Numbered from the stretch's first letter, positions 25,083 to 32,203 are shown. The stretch is 36,394 bases of DNA from a virus (IMGVR_UViG_3300047335_000135:1-36394); one strand, 5' to 3'. Translations and numbers: made by a program. Notes: generated by a model not told the origin, from the sequence alone.

Positions 25083-25136
25083 GGGTTGAAACTTGCAACA
25101 GTTGCTGCAAAAATAAGAAATAAGAAAAGTAGGGTG

Positions 25137-25448
25137 TTAGAGAATTGAATGGGTAGTAGCATCTACCTGGCGCCAATTAGTTTTTTTGCCGACTCTATTT
25201 ATCGCGATAAATAGAGTACTTTTAACCTCGTTGATACAAAATGTTCCGCAATATGCTATGTCACTTTCTGTGGGGTCTCTATCTAATATTATAAGGTGGG
25301 GAGCGGCTGTATAATAATCTAATGATGCTTTATATGGCTTAATACATGCAAAGTTAAATGTCTTTTTATGGCCGCGCTCTTTTCTAGTTTTATTCCATTC
25401 TCTTAATCGTACCTTGGTATGAAATACGATAATTTTGTTTTTATTCAC
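25137..25448 (-). CDS. Hypothetical protein, first gene of the leftward operon
   Basis: 103-aa ORF with no motif recognised. Confidence 0.5.
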   Translation of the reverse strand: MNKNKIIVFHTKVRLREWNKTRKERGHKKTFNFACIKPYKASLDYYTAAPHLIILDRDPTESDIAYCGTFCINEVKSTLFIAINRVGKKTNWRQVDATTHSIL

Positions 25449-25510
25449 AGAATTCCCTATATTTTAGAAGTGCGTTGGCCGTAGTGCCGCGACGGACTGT
25501 ATCGGTAAAA

Positions 25511-25595
25511 AAAATAGCCAGTATCTAGTACTAGCTATTTTCTCTTCAACTGGTAATCTATAAGAAAAAAAAACTAGCAGGATGCTAGCTATTTT
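25511..25595. promoter_or_regulatory. Two hairpins in the divergent control region, each ending in ctagctatttt
   Basis: aaaatagc...ctagtactag...gctatttt (25511-25541, with an inner 10-bp perfect palindrome) and ctagca-gga-tgctag + ctatttt (25574-25595). They lie between the divergent genes 25448(-) and 25689(+). Confidence 0.45.
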
Positions 25596-25688
25596 AGTTG
25601 AAATTTATTGTGTTTTTAATTATTTATGCTGTTTTTGACTCCCCAGTCCCGCATAAGTAATCATACATAACCCCTAACGAAGGTTTAC

Positions 25689-27032
25689 GTGAATACAAAT
25701 CTACCAAACAAACCCCGACAACGCAAGCAAAAAGAAAAGAACAAATATTTTCAGCTTGTGTGGGCATCAAATCAAAACGCCGTTAAATGGCTAATTAATC
25801 CAACTAGCTTCTTTTCTCATGGAAAGAACCGTGGGCTCGTTCAATTCGTCAATGCACTCATTGGTTATGGCAATGTGTTTAACAATATCCATCCTTCTCA
25901 GCAAACACTCTCTCATAAATCTGATGTGTCTTTACGTCAGGGTCATAGACTAGCACAAAAAGCCTGTGATCTAGGCATTGCCATAAAAGTTCGTAGGTTT
26001 GTTAAGGGTACCTATAAAGAACTTACCTGCACGTACTATCTTCATCCAGCTTTCTATGATGTTAATTTCAGAAAGAAATTAACTGAGTTGATGCCATCTT
26101 GTTGGTATTTACCACTCACTCTCTTAATGGCCATATATACCACCAATACAGGCTCTCAGACGCAATGTGGCGTACAAGATAATCTAAGAGATATGTATAA
26201 TAATATTAATTATACAACTGAGTCTGAGAATAATACTAAAACGAGAGAAGAATATATCGAACGCCGTCTTTTCTATCAAAAAAATCTAGGAGAGTACATG
26301 AAAGCAGACCCTGTGTTGTTAGATCACTTCCTGTCTCCCCCTGTGAAAGCTTTGAGAGAGACTTTATCGCTCACTCCATCGGGTTGTATATGGCTCTCTT
26401 CCTATCCTGATGCGGTGCTCGATGCTTCGCTGATTGCTTTAAAAAGCTCTAAAGTACCGATACATAAACCGTATCCATGGATAGTAGCCTTTTGCAATAA
26501 TCTGTGTGCAGAGAAGGGTATCGAAGTAACCTTCGCCTATTCCCACCAGATAGCAGAGCAGACTGGTATAGAGATAAAGTTTACTCCGAGTGTGTACACT
26601 GAAGGAAAACGCATGAGAGATCCTATTAAGCATAGTCCTTTCAAAGAAGAAAGCGGTGCGACTTTATCCGCTGTAGGTTTCGATAATATGAAAAAACTAA
26701 TTAACAGTGGAGCTATGGAGAATGCGTTTCACGAAGCTCAACAGAAAAGACACCCACAACAAACAGGGTATGCTTCGCCATCGTACTATGCTCAGCGTTC
26801 TCCTCGTAACGTTAGTTATAAACCTCAAAGAGATACGACAAGCGACAACCTCAAAGCAGCACGATCATGGATGGAACAGGAAACACCTGAGCAAGAATCG
26901 GAAAGGCTACGCGTGAAACAAGAATGTGTAGATCAGCTTATGAAAACGCTCACCACTATGAGTGTAGCCCCATCTTCTGGGCTTACGGACGAGCAACGAC
27001 GAGCTAAGCTCAAGCAGCGACTAGGATTGTAA
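25689..27032 (+). CDS. Putative replication initiator / winged-helix DNA-binding protein (GTG start)
   Basis: It is the first gene of the rightward operon. IHPSQQTLSHKSDVSLRQGHRLAQKACDLGIAIKVRR resembles the wHTH segment of phage/plasmid initiators. The assignment is weak. Confidence 0.35.
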   Translation: MNTNLPNKPRQRKQKEKNKYFQLVWASNQNAVKWLINPTSFFSHGKNRGLVQFVNALIGYGNVFNNIHPSQQTLSHKSDVSLRQGHRLAQKACDLGIAIKVRRFVKGTYKELTCTYYLHPAFYDVNFRKKLTELMPSCWYLPLTLLMAIYTTNTGSQTQCGVQDNLRDMYNNINYTTESENNTKTREEYIERRLFYQKNLGEYMKADPVLLDHFLSPPVKALRETLSLTPSGCIWLSSYPDAVLDASLIALKSSKVPIHKPYPWIVAFCNNLCAEKGIEVTFAYSHQIAEQTGIEIKFTPSVYTEGKRMRDPIKHSPFKEESGATLSAVGFDNMKKLINSGAMENAFHEAQQKRHPQQTGYASPSYYAQRSPRNVSYKPQRDTTSDNLKAARSWMEQETPEQESERLRVKQECVDQLMKTLTTMSVAPSSGLTDEQRRAKLKQRLGL

Positions 27033-27033
27033 C

Positions 27034-27180
27034 ATGCTTTCAAATTTGCTTATCCTTGCACGATTTCATTCTGATGACCCAATATGCATATGTCCTTATT
27101 TTCTGCTGTATGCAGCCATTTTTATTGTTGTAGGAGCACTCGTTATTTTGCCTATGGTTTGCTATTATAAGGCGAAGTAA
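27034..27180 (+). CDS. Small membrane protein (48 aa), uncertain
   Basis: My translation is MLSNLLILARFHSDDPICICPYFLLYAAIFIVVGALVILPMVCYYKAK. It starts 2 nt after the upstream stop. Confidence 0.35.
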   Translation: MLSNLLILARFHSDDPICICPYFLLYAAIFIVVGALVILPMVCYYKAK

Positions 27181-27210
27181 TTAGTTCTATACCAGTAGAG
27201 GAGAGAATAC

Positions 27211-27897
27211 TTGGTAAAAACGAAGAAAAAAGTTGTTAAGCGACTCAGCCCTGAGCAGCTTGCCGGCGGCCTACGCCAAGCCACGAAAGATGCTCATCCT
27301 ACAGGGGCGACTGAGGGAAAATCTACAGTAACGTACTCAAAGAAGCAGTACATCCTTGATTCGAGCGAAAAACCAACTAATACTACTCTATCAAAAAATA
27401 AAAAGCATATTACCGAGAAGTTGCTTATCAATGAGGAGTATGTGCATGCATTCATGCCTATGATGGAGAAGGTAGTGCGCCGCCTTACTGATGAAGGATA
27501 TAAGTATTTTGAGGAAAATGACGACGCTCTTACGCTACAGCAGTTCTATGTCCGTGAACGCATAACACCTCGCATTATAGAGACTGAGTTTAAGAAATAT
27601 CCTTTTTGGGTAGAGTTTATTGAATATGCAAAAATGATTATAGCTATGCGCCGAGAATATGGTGGTTTGACCAAGAAATATGATTCTGGTCTTGTTCGCT
27701 GGACTGCTCCTCTTTACAGTGCTGAGATGCGTAGGCACGTTGAGTGGCAGGCGAGTCTTAAAGAGAAAGTGGCGGCAGCCGGTAGGCCAAGTGTAGTTAT
27801 GGTAGAGACTCCTACTTTTTTTAATACCGTTGCTGAAAATTCAACTGAAGTGATAATAGCCAAGAAGGGGGACAGATATGCTGATAAAGCAGACTGA
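27211..27897 (+). CDS. Putative small terminase subunit (position-based; TTG start)
   Basis: TTG lies 7 nt after gaggag. Basic N-terminus, upstream of terL in the same operon. I verified no motif. Confidence 0.3.
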   Translation: MVKTKKKVVKRLSPEQLAGGLRQATKDAHPTGATEGKSTVTYSKKQYILDSSEKPTNTTLSKNKKHITEKLLINEEYVHAFMPMMEKVVRRLTDEGYKYFEENDDALTLQQFYVRERITPRIIETEFKKYPFWVEFIEYAKMIIAMRREYGGLTKKYDSGLVRWTAPLYSAEMRRHVEWQASLKEKVAAAGRPSVVMVETPTFFNTVAENSTEVIIAKKGDRYADKAD

Positions 27898-28126
27898 TGA
27901 AGAGATGACCTATGAATACATACAAGAACTTCACGATCTTTTTGATATGTTTGATAACGAGCGAGAAGAGTATATAGAAAGCTTAAGCGAAGAAGAGCGT
28001 CAGCAGCTAGCTAAGCGCATGATAACAACACTCAAGATGATATTTGGTAGTTGTAGGATACATGTAGAGGGTGAGCAGCCATTAACAATTAAACTTGTAT
28101 TGGGTAATTGTGAACAGATCGACTAA
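27878..28126 (+). CDS. Acidic hypothetical protein
   Basis: RBS aaggggga. 82 aa, rich in Glu/Asp. Confidence 0.5.
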   Translation: MLIKQTDEEMTYEYIQELHDLFDMFDNEREEYIESLSEEERQQLAKRMITTLKMIFGSCRIHVEGEQPLTIKLVLGNCEQID

Positions 28127-28180
28127 ACAACCTATTTATATGCCACAAGATGACGAACTTGCACAAATGGTGATTGAGTA

Positions 28181-28645
28181 ATGATTCTGTTGGGCATAGA
28201 TCCAGGAACGCAGTACTTGGGCTTCTCTCTATTAACTGACCCAAAGAAGCCAAAACTATTACAGTATGGTTGCCTTAAGCTCAATCCCAAATCGAGTATC
28301 CCTGATCGCCTGGAAGAGATACATACGTTCTTTGCTGCTAAGATACTGAGCGATGAAGTAACGCATATGGCTATAGAGACACCATTTTTGGGTAAGAACA
28401 TACAATCATTTATGAAGCTATGCTATGTGCGTGGCATACTCTATCTCCTAGCAACACAAAACGATTTGGTGCTGTACGAATACTCACCGACAGAAGTAAA
28501 GAAGGCTATATGTACCTTTGGTGGTGCTCCTAAAGAACAAGTAGCACGCGTATTATGGCATATGTTTAAGGGGCTAGAGTCAGATCTTCGTGATGATATA
28601 ACGGATGCTATAGCAGTAGGGTTGTGCGGATTATGGAAGAAGTAG
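28181..28645 (+). CDS. ruvC: RuvC-type Holliday junction resolvase
   Basis: MILLGIDPGTQYLGF (Asp), MAIETPF (Glu), K..YVRG, P.EVKKA..G.G.A.KEQV and DDITDAIAVG (Asp/Asp) reproduce the bacterial RuvC catalytic tetrad and spacing. Confidence 0.85.
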   Translation: MILLGIDPGTQYLGFSLLTDPKKPKLLQYGCLKLNPKSSIPDRLEEIHTFFAAKILSDEVTHMAIETPFLGKNIQSFMKLCYVRGILYLLATQNDLVLYEYSPTEVKKAICTFGGAPKEQVARVLWHMFKGLESDLRDDITDAIAVGLCGLWKK

Positions 28646-29985
28646 GAAGACTAGAAGCGCGTATTAAGTTAGATAGGTTTAAGCCACGGGAGTTTCAAAT
28701 ACCTCTTATCAATGCATTAGAGAGAGATAAAAAGAAACGTTTGTTAGCAATATGGCCTCGTCGTGCCGGCAAGGATATATGCGCACTAAACATTATGCTT
28801 AGAGCAGCATTGCGTCAAGTGGGTAACTATTTCTATCTACTACCGACTGGTGTTCAAGCTCGGCGTACGGTGTTTGAAGGTATGACGATTGATGGTATGC
28901 AGTTCTTGGACTATATACCTGTAGAGCTTATAGAGAAAAAGAACATAGCTGAAATGAAACTTGTTCTCATTAACGGATCACAAATCCAGTTTGCTGGTAG
29001 CGATTCGTATGATAGGCTCATGGGTATCAGTGCCAATGGCATTATATTTAGTGAATATGCTTTGCAGGACCCTCGTGCCTATTCTTATTTGCGTCCAGCG
29101 CTCACAGCTGCTGATGCTTGGGCTCTGTTCATATCAACACCCCGCGGCCACAATCACCTTTATACTATGTATCAGGTAGCTAAAGAATCTCCAGACTGGT
29201 TCTGTTCGCATCTGACCGTGGAAGATACTAAGCACATATCTCTTTTCGATATACAAAAAGAAATATCTTTAGGAGAAATCTCCGAGGATCTGTCCAAGCA
29301 GGAATACTACACATCGTTTGACATGGGTATACAGGGCTCATATTACATGAAGTACATAGATAGACTGCGGTTAAATAATCAGATAACTGATGTGCCATGG
29401 GAGCCAAGTCATCCAGTGTATTCAAGTTGGGATATAGGTGTACGAGATAGTACCTCGATCATATTATTTCAGGTTATTGGTCAGACCGTAAGAATTTTAC
29501 AGGTATATGAAAAGAATAAAGAAGGACTTGAGCATTACATCAACTTTATAAAGTCACAGCCCTATACGTATGCTAAGCATTTTGCTCCTCACGATATGAA
29601 GCAAATGGAGTTTGGTTCAGGTATGACCCGTTGGGCCAAGGCTTATGATCTTGGGGTTAACTTCACTGTTGTAGATAACATTCCCATTGTTGATGGTATT
29701 GAGGTAGTGCGCAGTGTATTACCACGTTGCTGGTTTAATGAAGCTACAACAAGGCCGCTTATTAGGGCTTTAGAGAACTATCGACAAGAGTTTGATACCA
29801 AACACAATGTGTATAAAGGATCACCAGTGCATGACCAATACAGCCACTTTGCAGATAGTTTTAGGTATCTAGCAGTTGGATTGCGCCATGCACAAAAAAG
29901 CACATCGCCTGAAGAACTAGAGCGTAGATATCATGAAGCAACTTATGGCGATCAGCAGTTTACTGGATTTTTTAGGCAACAATAA
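28624..29985 (+). CDS. terL: Terminase large subunit
   Basis: Walker A-like WPRRAGKD, then ...LINGSQIQFAGSD (ATPase coupling region), and a C-terminal RNase H-like nuclease segment (SWDIGVRDSTSIILFQV...HDM...D.F). The start is GTG 28624 or ATG 28633 and overlaps the ruvC end. Confidence 0.8.
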   Translation: MRIMEEVGRLEARIKLDRFKPREFQIPLINALERDKKKRLLAIWPRRAGKDICALNIMLRAALRQVGNYFYLLPTGVQARRTVFEGMTIDGMQFLDYIPVELIEKKNIAEMKLVLINGSQIQFAGSDSYDRLMGISANGIIFSEYALQDPRAYSYLRPALTAADAWALFISTPRGHNHLYTMYQVAKESPDWFCSHLTVEDTKHISLFDIQKEISLGEISEDLSKQEYYTSFDMGIQGSYYMKYIDRLRLNNQITDVPWEPSHPVYSSWDIGVRDSTSIILFQVIGQTVRILQVYEKNKEGLEHYINFIKSQPYTYAKHFAPHDMKQMEFGSGMTRWAKAYDLGVNFTVVDNIPIVDGIEVVRSVLPRCWFNEATTRPLIRALENYRQEFDTKHNVYKGSPVHDQYSHFADSFRYLAVGLRHAQKSTSPEELERRYHEATYGDQQFTGFFRQQ

Positions 29986-30013
29986 TTGACATGCCAATAT
30001 GCCGTGATATATT
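29986..30013 (+). promoter_or_regulatory. Sigma70-like promoter candidate directly after the terL stop
   Basis: TTGACA (29986-29991), a 16-nt spacer, then TATATT (30008-30013). Confidence 0.5.
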
Positions 30014-30025
30014 TATGCCAACATT

Positions 30026-30255
30026 GCTCATGTATCTACCTTAGATATATATAATAGCTCACTGAGAGTGAAAGGCTCATAATATTTATAAATAGATGGT
30101 CATGAATTTTTATTAATGCTTAATTAAGCGCTCAACAGCAACCCATGAAATGCTCACGTGGTTTAAAGAATTAGCGCAATGTTGAATGCTCATATCATAG
30201 AATTGCAATAAAGGCTCAAGTTTTATAATCATTATAAATACTCACAGAAGGCTCA
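30026..30255 (+). repeat. Strand-asymmetric cluster of the GCTCA motif (8 exact copies plus 1 ACTCA) in the leader of the TnpB-like gene
   Basis: GCTCA starts at 30026, 30057, 30075, 30130, 30152, 30188, 30214 and 30251, with ACTCA at 30240. The contexts are WRGCTCAYR, three of them as aaggctca. I saw no TGAGC in this interval. Confidence 0.85.
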
Positions 30256-30265
30256 CGTTAACTAA

Positions 30266-31375
30266 ATGATACAAGTACAACTGAAACTTAAACTTACACG
30301 CAAACAAGAAACTATGATCCAAGAATGGTTTCCTATTCTAACGTCCATATGGAACTGGGCGATAAAGAAGATAGAATGGGATGCTGCTGATCATATCTAT
30401 TACAATAAGTTTGAGTTTGTTAATATGTTGGCTGGTCATAATAAGCGCTTGGGTATACCATCACATACTATTCAGGCAATGCTCAAAGATGCACATACCA
30501 CATGGCAGCGTTGTTTTAAGAAACTAGCAAGAGCACCACGACTTAAGGGGCAAAGAAATAGGCTCACATCCGTATCTTTTCCTGATCCTATAAAAAAAGC
30601 TCATGTTAATAGTACATCAATTGAATTGCCTTATTTGGGCAAACTTAAGTTTCATAAACAAATAATACCTTCGGGCAATATTAAATGTGCCCGTATAGTA
30701 AAGCGTGCTTCGGGTTTTTATCTTTGTTTGTTTATAGATGCTCAATCAAACAGAATTGCTCATAAGGGCTGTGAAGCGATAGGCATACAGCTCAGCGTTG
30801 ATGGTCGTATGGCATTATCTAATGGTGATATTATTCAACGCGAAGCACAGTTGCAAAAACATCTCAATAGATTGGCTCAAGCACAGCGCGGTGGTAATAA
30901 AAAGCTAGTAGCTCGATTGCATGAACGCATAGCCAATTGCCGTAAAGACGCCAATCATAAACTGTCTCGCAAGATGGTAGAGCAGTATGATACGATAGTG
31001 GTTAATAAAGATGACCTCAAGCAAAGAGCTCGTAATCTAGGCCTTTTGGTTGCTGATTCTGCCAATTACCAGCTACGTTTGATGATGTGTTATAAGAGTG
31101 AGAATAATGATAGAAAATATATAGAAGTTGCATCCAACACTAGTACTGCTGGTGCTACAATTTCCACCGTGACATGTTCAGTATGTAGATCACCTTCGGG
31201 TCCTGCATCATTGACATGTCTGAAGGTAAGGGAATGGGTTTGTGTGAGCTGTGGAACTCTTCATGATCGCGATGTAAATACCGCGAAAAACACACTTATT
31301 TCCGGGCTTGGAGCGAGCCACGAGAGCGATGCGAGTCGCGTCCGAAATTTATTGACTAATCGTTATGAGCTATAA
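30266..31375 (+). CDS. tnpB: TnpB-like (IS200/IS605 OrfB family) protein with the RuvC-I Asp replaced by Gln; predicted nuclease-inactive
   Basis: TnpB landmarks are present: VQLKLKLTRKQETMIQEWF..IWNWAI, AIGIQLSVDGRMALSNGD (RuvC-I position is Q), HERIANCRKDANHKLSRKMVEQYDTIVVNKDDLK (RuvC-II region), a CSVC...CVSC zinc ribbon, and HDRDVNTAKN (RuvC-III). Confidence 0.8.
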   Translation: MIQVQLKLKLTRKQETMIQEWFPILTSIWNWAIKKIEWDAADHIYYNKFEFVNMLAGHNKRLGIPSHTIQAMLKDAHTTWQRCFKKLARAPRLKGQRNRLTSVSFPDPIKKAHVNSTSIELPYLGKLKFHKQIIPSGNIKCARIVKRASGFYLCLFIDAQSNRIAHKGCEAIGIQLSVDGRMALSNGDIIQREAQLQKHLNRLAQAQRGGNKKLVARLHERIANCRKDANHKLSRKMVEQYDTIVVNKDDLKQRARNLGLLVADSANYQLRLMMCYKSENNDRKYIEVASNTSTAGATISTVTCSVCRSPSGPASLTCLKVREWVCVSCGTLHDRDVNTAKNTLISGLGASHESDASRVRNLLTNRYEL

Positions 31376-31641
31376 GCATGAGTTCAACCTTAATAGTTTC
31401 TATACCATGAGTTCGTCTTTGTAGTTAGTGATCATGGGCTCGTGCTTGAAGAAAAATAGCGGGGCTGGCAAAACAGTTCATATGGATGGCATAATCTCAT
31501 AAAATATGTCTAAATAGCTCACTCACGATCATTGAATTCAGTTAAACTCATAGATAGAAATAGGCTCATATAACCTATCCGCTCATTCAAGACATTTGTC
31601 ATATTAAGATCGCAGATCGGGTTTGTAGAAATAGGAAATAA
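31376..31641 (+). other. 266-nt non-coding tail of the TnpB-like gene; candidate omega/guide RNA region
   Basis: No ORF is present. It holds three CATGRGYTCR repeats (31377, 31406, 31433) and further GCTCA copies (31517, 31564, 31581). In canonical TnpB loci the omega RNA overlaps the 3' end of the gene and extends downstream. Confidence 0.35.
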
Positions 31642-31779
31642 ATGGATGAAATTAGAATTAGTGTTTTTTTACCTCAAGAACTCTACGAAATATTGAGAAG
31701 AATGGCGTTTGAACAAAGGATAACGCAAAAAGAAATAATCGTAGCGGCTTTAACAGAGTACATCAACAACGGCAATTAG
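31642..31779 (+). CDS. Ribbon-helix-helix (CopG/Arc-like) protein, 45 aa
   Basis: My translation is MDEIRISVFLPQELYEILRRMAFEQRITQKEIIVAALTEYINNGN, a textbook strand-helix-helix. The RBS aggaaataa lies upstream. Below the track cutoff. Confidence 0.6.
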   Translation: MDEIRISVFLPQELYEILRRMAFEQRITQKEIIVAALTEYINNGN

Positions 31780-31794
31780 ATTTCCTTATAGTTG

Positions 31795-31830
31795 AGGTCC
31801 AGTCAGTAGCGTATGCTGCTGGGCCTTTTT
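31795..31830 (+). terminator. Rho-independent terminator candidate
   Basis: Long imperfect stem aggtccag(t)cag...ctgctgggcct followed by ttttt. Confidence 0.6.
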
Positions 31831-31896
31831 CACCTCTTGCATTATTCCCCTTATATTTAGTAAGATGCTCTATGCAAATGGTATAGACAGAAAAAA

Positions 31897-31994
31897 TACC
31901 CGGTAGCTCAGCGGTAGAGTGATTGCCAGTAAAACGAGATTATTAGTTGTAATTTTGGGCAATTGGGACGTTGGTTCGAATCCAACTCGGGTTT
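31897..31994 (+). tRNA. tRNA-like gene with about 25 extra nt in the anticodon arm; identity undetermined
   Basis: The acceptor tacccgg / tcgggtt has a 1:72 mismatch. The D arm is gctc-agcggta-gagt and the T arm is gttgg-ttcgaat-ccaac. The anticodon stem halves attgc (31922-31926) and gcaat (31959-31963) are separated by 32 nt instead of 7. Confidence 0.55.
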
Positions 31995-32034
31995 TTTGAC
32001 TGATGGCGTGCACGCTACATTACGACATACTCTT

Positions 32035-32074
32035 GGTCCGGGTTTTTATATTTTTGTTCCCGGGCCTTCTTTTC
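32035..32074 (+). terminator. Hairpin plus T-tract between the two tRNA genes
   Basis: ggtccggg (32035-32042) pairs with cccgggcc (32059-32066) around a T-rich loop, followed by ttcttttc. Confidence 0.35.
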
Positions 32075-32079
32075 AAGTT

Positions 32080-32153
32080 GACCTGTTAGTTTATTGGTAG
32101 AACCCTGGGTTTTCAGCCCAGAGGAAAAGGTTCGATTCCTTTACAGGTTGCCA
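32080..32153 (+). tRNA. tRNA-Glu (anticodon UUC) with encoded CCA
   Basis: Folded manually. Acceptor gacctgt / acaggtt, D arm gttt-attggta-gaac, anticodon arm ctggg-ttTTCag-cccag, variable agga, T arm aaagg-ttcgatt-ccttt, discriminator g, then cca. Confidence 0.75.
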
Positions 32154-32203
32154 AAATAGTTACCCACCACTTCTTGTATTCTTATTATTTTTAGTTCTAT
32201 GTT

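Noticed and set aside
30266-31375. Active IS200/IS605-type insertion sequence
   Set aside because: There is no TnpA gene in the genome, I could identify no clear subterminal hairpin ends, and the RuvC-I Asp is missing. I treat it as a domesticated or decayed element and not as an active IS.
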